A DNA stretch of 32,000 nucleotides from Escherichia coli (GCF_002863885.1 NZ_CP023673.1), one strand, 5' to 3'; positions 1 through 15,087 are shown, counted from the stretch's first letter. Notes: generated by a model not told the origin, from the letters alone. Numbers and translations: made by a program.

Positions 1-70
1 CAGAGTGAAGATCAATATCACTCCCCTGTTAAAAGATTCTTGTCGTCTCAGGTAAAATATATGATTAATA

Positions 71-940
71 TCAATCATGTATTTTTACAGCAAGACAACC
101 ACGAACAAATTCAGGATTAAAATGTTTTACCGACTCCCCAACATAACCCAAATCAAGCGAACTAATTTGTGCCATTTCTTTCTCTGTCAGTGAGAAATCC
201 CAGATAGCAAAATTTTCTTCGATACGCTGTTGATGTGTCGATTTCGGAATAACGACCACTCCCCGTTGAATATTCCAACGCAGAATGACTTGAGAAATCG
301 ATTTTTGATGGGCATCTGCAATACTCTGAAGCAGATTATTTTCAAAGGGTTTATGTCGTCCACCACCTAACGGAGCCCATGCTTCAGGCTGCACGTTATA
401 ATACTTCATGGTTGCCAGCGCCTCTGGTTGGGCAAAATAGGGATGCAACTCGACCTGGTTGACCATCGGTTTAACTCTTACCGTTTCACAAAAGTTCGCC
501 AGAACATGAGGATAGAAATTGGAAACCCCAATTGCTTTTAATTTGCCCTCTTCATAGGCATCTTCGAGTGCACGCCACGCACTGAAATAATCGCGCATAG
601 CCTGGTGCAATAAATAGAGGTCGAAGTACTCTAGTCCCGATTTTTTTAATGATGCTTCAATACCTGCTGCTGCCGTATCCTGATTCAACATATCCTGCAC
701 CCACAATTTAGACGTTATAAATAACTCATCTCGGGTACATAAACCTTCAGATATAGCTTCACGAACGGCTTCACCGACGGCATCTTCATTACCGTATACC
801 GCTGCAGTGTCGATGAGTCGATAACCTGTGCGGATAGCGTTCAACACTGACTGTTTGCACACGTTTTTATCGGTAACCTGAAAAACACCAAATCCCATCA
901 TCGGCATTTTCAGATTGTTACTTAATACGGAAAATTCCAC
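71..940 (-). CDS. Aldo/keto reductase (2,5-diketo-gluconate reductase-like)
   Basis: 289-aa ORF with AKR motifs: [61 protein letters not shown]. Confidence 0.9.
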   Translation of the reverse strand: MEFSVLSNNLKMPMMGFGVFQVTDKNVCKQSVLNAIRTGYRLIDTAAVYGNEDAVGEAVREAISEGLCTRDELFITSKLWVQDMLNQDTAAAGIEASLKKSGLEYFDLYLLHQAMRDYFSAWRALEDAYEEGKLKAIGVSNFYPHVLANFCETVRVKPMVNQVELHPYFAQPEALATMKYYNVQPEAWAPLGGGRHKPFENNLLQSIADAHQKSISQVILRWNIQRGVVVIPKSTHQQRIEENFAIWDFSLTEKEMAQISSLDLGYVGESVKHFNPEFVRGCLAVKIHD

Positions 941-1188
941 TGTCAGTCCCTCTATTAGGCATGAACAATGAGTCTACGTTAAAACGTAACCTCAAATTAG
1001 TACGTGGATTTTGATATCACTTATGCAAAAAATTCATTAATAATGCAGGACTGAAACCTCTCTATTTTCGGGGACAACGAAGCAGACGCTACCAGTGCTT
1101 TTGCCTTCGCCCTTGCTGTTTTTGATACACTTAGGGCCCAGGGCATAACGAAAATGTGCGATATGACAAAGAATTAACGGAGAATGTG

Positions 1189-2046
1189 ATGATCAGGCAG
1201 AAGATTCTACAGCAGCTCCTGGAGTGGATTGAGTGCAATCTTGAGCACCCTATTTCAATCGAAGATATCGCACAGAAATCTGGCTACAGCAGACGCAACA
1301 TCCAGCTTCTGTTCCGAAATTTCATGCATGTGCCTTTGGGAGAATACATTCGCAAACGAAGGCTTTGCCGTGCCGCTATTCTTGTCCGGCTCACCGCGAA
1401 ATCTATGCTTGATACTGCACTCTCTTTGCATTTTGATTCACAGCAGTCATTCAGCCGCGAATTTAAAAAGTTATTCGGCTGCTCTCCCCGTGAATACCGC
1501 CACCGTGATTATTGGGATCTCGCAAATATCTTCCCTTCTTTTTTAATACGTCAACAGCAAAAGACGGAGTGTAGATTAGTCAATTTTCCTGAGACACCTA
1601 TTTTTGGCAACTCATTTAAATATGACATTGAAGTGTCGAATAAATCACCGGATGAAGAAGTCAAACTGCGACGTCATCATTTAGCCAGATGTATGAATAA
1701 TTTTAAGACGGATATCTATTTCGTCTCCACGTTTGAACCGTCAACAAAATCGGTCGATTTGCTCACGGTTGAAACTTTTGCCGGTACGGTATGCAAACAA
1801 ACCGATTCAGAGATGCCGAAAGAGTGGACAATTAACCGAGGACTGTATGCCTCTTTCCGCTATGAAGGTGAGTGGGAGCACTACCCTGAATGGGCGCGAA
1901 ACCTCTATCTGATGGAATTACCCGCCAGGGGGTTAGCCAGAGTGAACGGCAGTGATATTGAGCGGTTTTATTACAATGAAGATTTCGTAGAAAAGGATAG
2001 CAATGATGTTGTTTGCGAAATTTTTATCCCCGTTCGTCCGGTTTAG
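1189..2046 (+). CDS. ykgA: AraC-family transcriptional regulator, ykgA-like
   Basis: N-terminal AraC-type HTH (SIEDIAQKSGYSRRNIQLLFRNFMHVPLGEYIRKRRLCRAA...FDSQQSFSREFKKLFGCSPREYR). ATG 1189 is preceded by an SD-like ACGGAGA and is preferred over ATG 1156. Located next to fdeC, as I recall for ykgA. Confidence 0.8.
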   Translation: MIRQKILQQLLEWIECNLEHPISIEDIAQKSGYSRRNIQLLFRNFMHVPLGEYIRKRRLCRAAILVRLTAKSMLDTALSLHFDSQQSFSREFKKLFGCSPREYRHRDYWDLANIFPSFLIRQQQKTECRLVNFPETPIFGNSFKYDIEVSNKSPDEEVKLRRHHLARCMNNFKTDIYFVSTFEPSTKSVDLLTVETFAGTVCKQTDSEMPKEWTINRGLYASFRYEGEWEHYPEWARNLYLMELPARGLARVNGSDIERFYYNEDFVEKDSNDVVCEIFIPVRPV

Positions 2047-2166
2047 TTTTCGCTATATCTAAATGAATTTATAACGAGCCTACTGTCAGGAAATTCAATA
2101 AATAATGGCGTTGAAGATGTCAACGCCATTATTGTTTATTAGAATGTTACTTTCATATTCTTAATA

Positions 2167-5100
2167 TTATTTCATCGCCTCCTCGTCCTTTGCCGTATCG
2201 GCATCCACCGCGGTAATGGTCACCGTCACTGGCTTCATTTCGTATCCGCCATACGTCAGGGCGTTAAATGTGAACGTATAGACACCAGGCTTGCTGGTAC
2301 TAAATTTACGCGTGATTTTTCCGCTCACGAAATGGTCATTTTTCGACGGCAGGAACTGATAATCCTCCTCCGTCACCCCTTCCGGCGTCTGAATGTCGAC
2401 CCACATATTCCCGCCAACGGGGTTATTTGCCGACATCAGTGTCACCTCCAGCTTCGCAGTCGATTTCCCATCCGCCACCAGAGATTGCATATCAGATGAT
2501 GCGGTGAGTACCGCGTTTTTATCATCCGCAACGAATTTAGATTCGGCAGTTTTCGTTGATACCTGACCGTTGGTCTGACTCACTTGCGCCTTGAGTGTGT
2601 ATGTCGCCGCAACAGTAGTGGTAGCGGTGAAAATAGCCTGCCCTTGCTCATTCGTTGTCGCAGTGCCATTCGGTTCCAGGTTTAACGAAGCCGGGCTGGC
2701 AGTCAGCGTCACGTCGCTATCTTTCACCAAATTGTTATTGGCATCAGTCACCGTAACTTTATACGTTTGTTTGGCTTTGCCGTCCGCCAGCGCATAGTTG
2801 CCAATCACCTCAATACCGGAGACGGTTGCGGTAGCCTTATCGGCTACAAACGTTATAGTCTGCGTATCCGAAGGCTGGCTATTCCCCGCCGATGCCGTGA
2901 TCTCATACGTTCCGGCAGTCACTGAAACCACCTGCAACTCTGCTTTCCCCTCATCGTTGGCTTTCACCCAGACATTATCGCCTGTAAGCGGCTTGACACC
3001 CCGGGGCAGATTAAAGGTCACCAGGCTCCCTGGAACAGGGTTACCATTTTTATCCTCAACGGTCGCCGTCAGCGTAAAGGCATCTTTGCCGTTTGCTACT
3101 TTTTGAACGGCGGTGTCTACCTGCAGGTTTGCCTGACCGGTGCTGGCATCCGCGTTGAATTTCACCGTGACCGTCTTCTGAGAGTTTTTCACCGCGGCCG
3201 CGATTTCAAGTTCCCCTGCAACGGTTGATATCAACTCAATATCCGCTTTACCTGCCGCATTGGTTGTTACTGTATTCCCCGTCTTGCTGGTCACACCCTG
3301 CGGTAAATTCAGCGTAACTTCTTGCCCCTGCAACGGGTTACCATAGCTGTCCACGACGGTCAGGGTTATCTGGTTAGCAGACTGTCCATTAGCCAGTTGG
3401 TTATTAACCTTCACTGTCATATCACCAATCTCAGCCTTAGATGCGTCACCTGCAACATTCAGCACCAGTGGCTGAGCAACGGCATTTTGGCCGTTCACTC
3501 GCGGCATCACAGACAACTGACCCGCGGCAGATCCCAGCGTTAAGGTCGACACGTAGACCCCATTACCTTTCTCTGTCCAGTTTCCTGCTGAAGGACGCTC
3601 ACTCCCCGTGTTGGCGGCACCGCTAAACACTGGTGCATCTGGCTTCATCCCGGTGACCGGGTTCCCGTACGCATCCTTCACGGTGAAGGTGAGTTCCGTC
3701 GTCGTTTTGACGGTCGGAGCCTTATTGTCCGCAACAAGCGTAGAGTTCGCTGATGACATCTCTCCGGCGATGACCGTCAACTGCGCGGCTTCGGTGGCTG
3801 CTGGCTGACCGTTGAATAGCGGCATGACACGAAGCTCGCCCGTCTTTCCGCCTGTAGTTAACGTAGCAACATAGGAACCGTCACCTTTTTCGGTCCAACT
3901 GGAAACGGTCGCCCCTTCAGAGGCGGTCCCCGTCAAACTTGCCGACAACGAAAGACCACTGATAGCGTTGCCATGCGCATCTTTCGCCACCAGCGTCACG
4001 GTTGTACTTTCGCCGGCTTTTACGTGATCTTCTGCGACAGAGACTTTCGACTGGTTTGAAGATAACGCATCAGCCACCACGGTTACTTTTGCCGCATTTG
4101 CTGCCGCATCCTGTCCATTTAGCTTCGGCATAACTTCTAATTCACCCGCCGTAGAGCCGAGAGTAATCTGCGCAGTCCACGTCCCATCACCATTATTTGT
4201 CCAGCCCGATGCCGTAGAACCTACAGCAGCGGCCCCCGCTAATGACGGCGCTTCCGGCGTGAGGCTGGTCACAGGGTTGTCATAGGCATCTTTTACCGTC
4301 CAGATTGCCGTAACTGTACCCCCAACCACAGGTTTATCAGGATTCAGGGTGATGGACGAATGTGCTGCATCAAGCGGCCCGGCAACAAACTTCAGCGTTT
4401 GTTGTAATGTGCCCAGCTGATACTGCTCGCTGAAAGCACGCACAACAACGTTTCCGGCACGGGTCGAAGAAACCGTAGCGCTGTAAACGCCTGGTTTTAT
4501 CTCCGAAATTGTACCAATGGTGACACCATTAGTGTCTTGCGGAACAAATCGCAAGCGGCTGGCCTCTCCCGTCACCGGGTTACCATCAGTATCCACCGCA
4601 GTAAGCGTCAGCGTGTGGGATTGCTGACCATCAGCAACCACATCTCCTGAGAGTTCATTCACGCTCAGAGTAGACTTCGACACATCCATCATCGTGGCGC
4701 GCAATTCTGCAGTGACGGTTTTGCTCATGCCATCAACGCTAACAGTAATCGTTGCCTCACCTGATTGCGTTCCGGTAGTGAAGACAGACTGATACACCCC
4801 AGCTTCAGTTTCAGTGAACTCACCCAGTGTTGGCTTTGCCTGTGATTTAGTGGCCTTCAGGGAACGAGTCACAATATTTCCAGCCGGTTTGAAAGTTAGT
4901 TCAGTCTTGATCTGATCTTTCATGCCCGTGACTGGCTGGCCCTCGGCGTCGCGCAGAGACAGCACCAGCGGTTTTTGCTCATTACCGTTAGCAAGCATTT
5001 GAATACGGCTCTGACCGTCAAGCGTTAACGCCGTGCGATCGGCGCTCATACCAGCTCCGGTAATGACCACCTCTGTCTGCACGCGTTTTGAGGTATTGCC

Positions 5101-6420
5101 TTTGTTATCGTAGGCAACCGCAGAAATCGCATAATAATTGTCTTTGCCTGGACGATAAGCCGGGAGCGTTACTTGCCACTGACTACCCTGACCGGTAATT
5201 TTGCCACCTTCAGCCAGTAATGACGGCGCTTCCCACTGCACATTTTTCAGTCCGTGAGTTGCTTTGCTGACCACAAGCCCGAGGGAAAGTGTCTGACCGC
5301 CCTTGCCTTCAATACGCTCAGGCAGAGCAATACGGATCACTTCAGATTTGCGGTACTCAAGAACGATGTTGTTATTACGCTCAACCAGGTCATAGCGGCT
5401 GCCTGCCAGCATTCGACGCTCGCGAATGCTGTCTGTATCGAGTTGTTTCTCCAGAGGTTCGCCAATCCGATAATTAACTTCCAGGCCAAAGCGAGTGTCA
5501 TTCTCACCACTCTTGCCCTGCTTATGCCCGGCACTCAGGGTCAGAAGAGGCACAGGCGTGTAATTCACTTCAGCGGAAATCGCATGTGGATCTTTCTGGC
5601 GTTTATCTTTGCCAAACAGCCCAACTTCATCGCCATAATACTGCTCATACATCAGGCTTGCGCCAAGCTGCGGCCAGGCGGGTAAATAGCCCTCTGCGCG
5701 GATATCCCAACCATTCGCCGGGCGTTCCTGATAATCCTCAATATCCGGCGATTTTTTCCAGCCAGAAGCCCGAATATAACCATTGGCGCTCAGTTTCAGA
5801 TAATCGCGCCAGTATTCCGCACCAACACCAATGCGGGTATGACTACGGGATAAATCATGGTCGATAAAGGTGTTCACCCCCGCCATCCAGTCATTTCCTG
5901 AAAAATGACGCCAGCCAAAACCAATATTTGACTGAGTACGATCGTCTGTACGATGTATTGCCCCCTGAGTGAACAACATATTTGTCGGCGTATCATAAAT
6001 CGGATAAAGCATTTCCAGCGAAGAATCCTTCAGCGAGAAATCTTTATCGACATTCAGTTTGACGCGCGCTGTACCATATTTCCCGAGCCACTCCTGTATT
6101 TCCTGGTTAGCTTTAGCGGTGGCCATTCCGGTAATAAAATTACGTGTCGCATCGCTATCTGGCTGACTGCTTAAAAATGTCCCGGCATTTGCGGCAAACG
6201 ACGCGACATTTTTCTCCACGTTATTATCAGCAGTTACCGTAGTATTTCCCATGCTCAACCGTGGCTGAACCGCATGCTGCGCACGTGCCGCCATTACTGG
6301 GGTAAAGGTGACAGCGAGTGGAAAAAGAACCTGAACAGAGATATTTGCCCACGCCACGCAGCGGGCCAGAACTGAATAACGAAATCGTGGTTGTTTATGA
6401 CCTGTTTTATAACGTGACAT
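2167..6420 (-). CDS. fdeC: FdeC/EaeH intimin-invasin-like inverse autotransporter adhesin
   Basis: 1417-aa ORF. N-terminal inverse-autotransporter beta-barrel region (GFGWRHFSGNDWMAGVNTFIDHDLSRSHTRIGVGAEYWRDYLKLSANGY) followed by multiple Ig-like repeats (ADGQQSHTLTLTAVDTDGNPV type). Confidence 0.93.
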   Translation of the reverse strand: MSRYKTGHKQPRFRYSVLARCVAWANISVQVLFPLAVTFTPVMAARAQHAVQPRLSMGNTTVTADNNVEKNVASFAANAGTFLSSQPDSDATRNFITGMATAKANQEIQEWLGKYGTARVKLNVDKDFSLKDSSLEMLYPIYDTPTNMLFTQGAIHRTDDRTQSNIGFGWRHFSGNDWMAGVNTFIDHDLSRSHTRIGVGAEYWRDYLKLSANGYIRASGWKKSPDIEDYQERPANGWDIRAEGYLPAWPQLGASLMYEQYYGDEVGLFGKDKRQKDPHAISAEVNYTPVPLLTLSAGHKQGKSGENDTRFGLEVNYRIGEPLEKQLDTDSIRERRMLAGSRYDLVERNNNIVLEYRKSEVIRIALPERIEGKGGQTLSLGLVVSKATHGLKNVQWEAPSLLAEGGKITGQGSQWQVTLPAYRPGKDNYYAISAVAYDNKGNTSKRVQTEVVITGAGMSADRTALTLDGQSRIQMLANGNEQKPLVLSLRDAEGQPVTGMKDQIKTELTFKPAGNIVTRSLKATKSQAKPTLGEFTETEAGVYQSVFTTGTQSGEATITVSVDGMSKTVTAELRATMMDVSKSTLSVNELSGDVVADGQQSHTLTLTAVDTDGNPVTGEASRLRFVPQDTNGVTIGTISEIKPGVYSATVSSTRAGNVVVRAFSEQYQLGTLQQTLKFVAGPLDAAHSSITLNPDKPVVGGTVTAIWTVKDAYDNPVTSLTPEAPSLAGAAAVGSTASGWTNNGDGTWTAQITLGSTAGELEVMPKLNGQDAAANAAKVTVVADALSSNQSKVSVAEDHVKAGESTTVTLVAKDAHGNAISGLSLSASLTGTASEGATVSSWTEKGDGSYVATLTTGGKTGELRVMPLFNGQPAATEAAQLTVIAGEMSSANSTLVADNKAPTVKTTTELTFTVKDAYGNPVTGMKPDAPVFSGAANTGSERPSAGNWTEKGNGVYVSTLTLGSAAGQLSVMPRVNGQNAVAQPLVLNVAGDASKAEIGDMTVKVNNQLANGQSANQITLTVVDSYGNPLQGQEVTLNLPQGVTSKTGNTVTTNAAGKADIELISTVAGELEIAAAVKNSQKTVTVKFNADASTGQANLQVDTAVQKVANGKDAFTLTATVEDKNGNPVPGSLVTFNLPRGVKPLTGDNVWVKANDEGKAELQVVSVTAGTYEITASAGNSQPSDTQTITFVADKATATVSGIEVIGNYALADGKAKQTYKVTVTDANNNLVKDSDVTLTASPASLNLEPNGTATTNEQGQAIFTATTTVAATYTLKAQVSQTNGQVSTKTAESKFVADDKNAVLTASSDMQSLVADGKSTAKLEVTLMSANNPVGGNMWVDIQTPEGVTEEDYQFLPSKNDHFVSGKITRKFSTSKPGVYTFTFNALTYGGYEMKPVTVTITAVDADTAKDEEAMK

Positions 6421-6892
6421 TGAGATAATTTCCTGATGAACGAATTAACGAACATAGGCAGACACAAATAATGGCGTCTGCTTGTCAGAAAAACCGGGGA
6501 TTTCCCGGTTTCCTTTTCCGCAGAAAAGGAAATACCTTTATGTAAGAAAGTACACCGCCACCTAATATATCCAGTGCCTGTAGCCACTCATCAGGTGGTT
6601 GGGCGCGGGATTATATTTTTATTTATGGGTGAAAATTTAGCTTTTTGTGCAAGTCATTAAATAGATACCTAAGTTATATTTCTTACTCTGCGGACAGTGA
6701 ATAATTCATTATTCAGAGTGAATAATAATGACCTGCCTTTAATTAGCAACTATTGGAAATACGTCGAAGTAGGTATATACGCCAGGATAAACCGATATAT
6801 TTTTTATGGATATTCATTTTCCTTCATCGGACTGTAAATTGCGGAGATATCGAACTTGCACTACCCATCGCAACACTCAAACAGATTTATGA

Positions 6893-9829
<2,937 letters not shown>

Positions 9830-10240
9830 TCATAGATGCTATTATTTTAACCACATTATTAGTAACAATGATAATCTGGCTGTATCGAAAATAATTCTAA
9901 ACTTTCAGGATATTTATTATGAATAAACGTATTCTCACGATTGCGCCATTCTTCTTACCGATATTCTGACACACAACATTAAAGGAGATACGACATTATG
10001 ATGAGATGCGATATGCTCCTCAGCGCCAATCAACGCCCGGACTGGGCCAGTCTTGAGATCAACTCATTCCCGGAACTGACTTCAGGCGACATATATCAAT
10101 GACGTTGGTGCAATAAAAGATAGCCGATGTAATACATCTATTCAAATTTGTGATACATGTCAAAAAATTGGTTGACCAAACTCGTTATTTATATAAGGGC
10201 ACTTACGAAGTGCGCTCTTTTTTAAAGCGAGGAAGTACCA

Positions 10241-10342
10241 ATGAAAGAGAATAAAGTACAACAAATCAGTCATAAACTGATTAATATCGTTGTTTTTGTC
10301 GCAATTGTAGAATACGCCTATTTATTTCTCCATTTCTATTAA
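10241..10342 (+). CDS. ykgR: Small membrane protein YkgR
   Basis: 33-codon ORF absent from the supplied track: MKENKVQQISHKLINIVVFVAIVEYAYLFLHFY*. SD GAGGAAG 5-11 nt upstream. Matches my recollection of E. coli YkgR. Confidence 0.85.
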   Translation: MKENKVQQISHKLINIVVFVAIVEYAYLFLHFY

Positions 10343-10675
10343 TAACGGCAATAAACTGTTCACTTCAGTGATATTTAAAATATGCATCCTCTCCCTTTTT
10401 GTAAGTAATTATTATATCCGTGGGAGAGGAATACACGCTGTCAGGTAATCAATCATACTGCGATAAATCATCGGCCAGTAAAGTGGAGATAACCTCCATT
10501 GTCGAAAAATCCATACTCTCAGCGAAACCATCATCAATCACTCATCCAGGCGTTTATGGGAGCGTCGCCAACGGCTGCTAACAATGCCAGACTTCCCCGT
10601 TGGGGAAATTCCACATACCAAAAATGGGCACAGGGATTGAGTGTTGAAATGATCCGGATGAGCATGTATCTTTAC

Positions 10676-10690
10676 TGTTATGTTATAACA
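10676..10690. promoter_or_regulatory. Zur-box-like palindrome upstream of rpmE2
   Basis: TGTTATGTTATAACA differs from the Zur core TGTTATANTATAACA at one specified base and lies just upstream of the rpmE2 start. Confidence 0.75.
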
Positions 10691-10705
10691 CAACAGGTAA
10701 AAATG

Positions 10706-10969
10706 ATGAAGCCCAATATCCATCCTGAGTATCGTACTGTGGTGTTCCACGACACCAGTGTTGATGAGTACTTTAAAATCGGCTCGACTATCAAAACAGA
10801 CCGTGAGATTGAGCTGGATGGCGTAACGTATCCGTACGTGACAATTGATGTCTCTTCTAAATCGCACCCGTTCTATACAGGGAAGCTGAGAACAGTGGCA
10901 TCAGAAGGAAATGTTGCACGATTCACCCAACGTTTTGGTCGTTTTGTTAGCACGAAAAAGGGGTCGTGA
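10706..10969 (+). CDS. rpmE2: Ribosomal protein L31 type B (zinc-independent paralogue)
   Basis: [80 protein letters not shown]. The track start at 10499 is over-extended; the real start is ATG 10706 (or 10703). Confidence 0.95.
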   Translation: MKPNIHPEYRTVVFHDTSVDEYFKIGSTIKTDREIELDGVTYPYVTIDVSSKSHPFYTGKLRTVASEGNVARFTQRFGRFVSTKKGS

Positions 10970-11109
10970 TGAAAGTTCTTAACTCTCTGCGTACCGCAAA
11001 AGAACGCCATCCAGACTGTCAGATTGTGAAGCGAAAAGGACGGCTATATGTGATTTGTAAATCTAATCCACGTTTTAAGGCCGTTCAGGGTCGTAAGAAA
11101 AAACCTTGA
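10969..11109 (+). CDS. rpmJ2: Ribosomal protein L36, alternative form (YkgO)
   Basis: 46-codon ORF not in the track: [46 protein letters not shown]. Start overlaps the rpmE2 stop (TGATG). Lacks the Cys cluster of zinc-type L36. Confidence 0.95.
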   Translation: MKVLNSLRTAKERHPDCQIVKRKGRLYVICKSNPRFKAVQGRKKKP

Positions 11110-11143
11110 TTCAAAATTCGACGGATTAACGATATTTGTCTGA

Positions 11144-11377
11144 TTAATAATCAGATCGGATTAATGTTGGTGTGTTTATAACACCAACATTAATTTTCCT
11201 GGGGATATATTCTTCCTGTTCATTTGAGGCCAACTGCCTGACGTTTCTCTCCGAATATTCCATTATCTTAATGTTGACTTGTTGACCAGCTTCGCCCCTG
11301 TATGCTGGCATCAACTCTCTTTTAGACTGAACACGCCACTCAGTCTCCTCCCTTTGCGGCGCAGCCTGCATTTTCAC
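11144..11377 (-). CDS. ykgL: Hypothetical YkgL-like ORF
   Basis: 77-aa ORF in the syntenic position of ykgL. Its C-terminal codons overlap the perfect terminator hairpin, so coding status is uncertain. Confidence 0.35.
   Translation of the reverse strand: MKMQAAPQREETEWRVQSKRELMPAYRGEAGQQVNIKIMEYSERNVRQLASNEQEEYIPRKINVGVINTPTLIRSDY
11161..11193. terminator. Intrinsic terminator after rpmE2-rpmJ2
   Basis: Perfect 13-bp stem TTAATGTTGGTGT/ACACCAACATTAA, 7-nt loop, then TTTTCC. Confidence 0.8.
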
Positions 11378-12124
11378 TCAAACTGTTAAGATGATAAATG
11401 TGGTAAATCTGTTGGTACTAACATAAAAACGTTTAGGCCACAGGAACAGTCTGTTCCACCGGTAACCCCGTCGCCGACGTTCGAGTGGCAGTTAGAGTAA
11501 CGCGCACAGATAACTGCACTCAGTGCCCTGACAAAGAGGCCATCGTTCCTGTGACAGCTGGCAGCCTTCGTTTAACTTCACTTAATCTGGCTCTTGGGGG
11601 CTTACCGAACAGATGACGTACATACGCCCGTTCAATTTTCCATCACTTATTGTAATGAACACCTATAACCATTTTGTGTGGCATGTTAATCCATTAAAAT
11701 TTCTTACTGATTGGCAAATCATCTTCAATGACAGCTCACTATAGTTTTATATTCTATCCCTTACCCTTAAAACTTGTTTTTTTACTAGTCCATCACACAG
11801 CGCATTAAGACTATTCCTAACACTTCAGGGCAAAGTTCCTGACCAATATAAAATGCAAGTAAGAATTGAACGTTATATTGCCAATAACCTTATGAAACCA
11901 AATGTCTTTTTCTTCTTATCAAAAAAGCAATATTTTCAGTTTTTCTAAATATTGACTTAACCATTAAATTCCTTTTCCGTTCACATATTGACACTCATCG
12001 GAAAAAAAACATAAATTTAAGCCCAATCGAAAATAATTAAACTTAATCTCGTTTAACCTTTATTGATATGTGCTACGTATCTTATTTACTTCCGGTTTAC
12101 TAAGGAAACTGAATGCACCTGTAA

Positions 12125-12725
<601 letters not shown>

Positions 12726-12751
12726 ATCAGCATGGGCAACAGGCGAAGACG

Positions 12752-13507
<756 letters not shown>

Positions 13508-13587
13508 TAAACTCCAGGCAAGTTAGTTTTAAAAAATGACTCACTGGGACATCACGTCCTCAATTCAACTCGGGAAGAAATGCAATG

Positions 13588-14171
13588 AAAAAAAAGTTCT
13601 GGCAATAGCTCTGGTAACGGTGTTTACCGGCATGGGTGTGGCGCAGGCTGCTGACGTAACAGCTCAGGCTGTAGCGACCTGGTCGGCAACAGCCAAAAAA
13701 GACACCACCAGTAAGCTGGTTGTGACGCCACTCGGTAGCCTGGCGTTCCAGTATGCCGAAGGCATTAAAGGTTTTAACTCACAGAAAGGTCTATTTGACG
13801 TGGCTATCGAGGGTGACTCAACGGCTACCGCCTTTAAACTGACCTCACGTCTTATCACCAACACATTAACCCAGTTGGATACCTCAGGTTCCACACTGAA
13901 TGTGGGCGTGGATTATAACGGCGCGGCAGTCGAAAAAACTGGCGATACCGTGATGATCGATACCGCCAACGGCGTACTGGGCGGCAACCTTAGCCCGCTG
14001 GCTAACGGTTACAATGCCAGCAATCGTACCACCGCACAGGATGGTTTCACCTTCACCATCATCAGCGGCACCACCAATGGTACCACCGCAGTAACCGATT
14101 ACAGCACTCTACCGGAAGGCATCTGGAGCGGCGACGTTAGCGTACAGTTCGACGCGACCTGGACCAGTTAA
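13588..14171 (+). pseudogene. ecpA: ecpA (matB) major pilin of the E. coli common pilus; canonical start is out of frame
   Basis: The body reads [45 protein letters not shown]...[14 protein letters not shown]. At the expected start the DNA is ATG AAA AAA AAG TTC TGG CAA TAG, so that ATG ends after 7 codons. Only a distant in-frame ATG (13536) opens the long ORF. Confidence 0.85.
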
Positions 14172-14228
14172 TCTCTCTGATGTACCAGCAGGGGTAGCCC
14201 CCCTGCTTTATTCCTGGACGGAATTGTT

Positions 14229-14897
14229 ATGAAAAAGCACCTTCTGCCTCTCGCTCTGCTGTTTTCCGGAATATCTCCGGCCCAGGCGCTGGATGTCGGC
14301 GATATATCATCGTTTATGAACAGTGACAGCAGCACGCTGAGCAAAACGATCAAAAACAGTACCGACAGTGGTCGCCTTATCAATATCCGTCTCGAACGGC
14401 TCTCTTCACCGCTTGACGACGGGCAGGTTATCTCAATGGACAAGCCGGATGAGTTGCTACTCACTCCCGCCAGCTTGCTGCTACCCGCCCAAGCCAGCGA
14501 AGTGATCCGCTTCTTCTATAAGGGACCCGCAGATGAAAAAGAGCGCTACTACCGCATTGTCTGGTTTGATCAGGCCCTCAGTGATGCGCAGCGCGATAAT
14601 GCCAACCGCAGCGCTGTGGCCACTGCTTCCGCCCGCATCGGCACCATTCTGGTCGTCGCCCCCCGCCAGGCGAACTACCACTTTCAGTACGCCAACGGCT
14701 CCCTGACAAATACAGGAAATGCGACGCTGCGGATCCTCGCCTACGGACCTTGCCTGAAAGCCGCCAACGGTAAGGAGTGTAAAGAGAATTACTACCTGAT
14801 GCCGGGCAAGTCGCGTCGTTTTACCCGCGTGGACACGGCGGATAACAAAGGACGGGTTGCACTTTGGCAGGGTGATAAGTTCATTCCCGTGAAATAG
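14229..14897 (+). CDS. ecpB: EcpB (MatC) pilus chaperone-like protein
   Basis: 222-aa ORF with signal peptide [20 protein letters not shown] and chaperone-like [39 protein letters not shown]... directly after ecpA. Confidence 0.93.
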   Translation: MKKHLLPLALLFSGISPAQALDVGDISSFMNSDSSTLSKTIKNSTDSGRLINIRLERLSSPLDDGQVISMDKPDELLLTPASLLLPAQASEVIRFFYKGPADEKERYYRIVWFDQALSDAQRDNANRSAVATASARIGTILVVAPRQANYHFQYANGSLTNTGNATLRILAYGPCLKAANGKECKENYYLMPGKSRRFTRVDTADNKGRVALWQGDKFIPVK

Positions 14898-14922
14898 ATA
14901 GCTGTGCAGATGGATAACGACA

Positions 14923-15087
14923 ATGCCTTTACGACGGTTCTCCCCAGGACTGAAAGCCCAGTTTGCCTTCGGCATGGTCTTTTTGTTCGTTCAGCCCGAT
15001 GCCAGCGCTGCTGACATAAGTGCGCAGCAAATAGGTGGGGTGACTCAACAAAAGCAATTGCCCGACTTCCAATTTTTACCTGTTTAG
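14923..15087 (+). pseudogene. ecpC: ecpC (usher) 5' fragment, truncated
   Basis: Starts [39 protein letters not shown] like the EcpC usher, then diverges near 15041 and stops at 15085-15087. The rest of ecpC and ecpDE are absent from this window. Confidence 0.85.

Noticed and set aside
2591-6174. Several antisense ORFs inside fdeC (for example 2591-2797, 2798-3106, 5254-5685, 5953-6174).
   Set aside because: They lie opposite a long, clearly coding ORF, have composition expected from codon bias on the other strand, and match no family I recognise.
10499-10705. N-terminal extension of the rpmE2 ORF.
   Set aside because: The L31 sequence begins at ATG 10706 and the extension covers the Zur-like site and promoter region.
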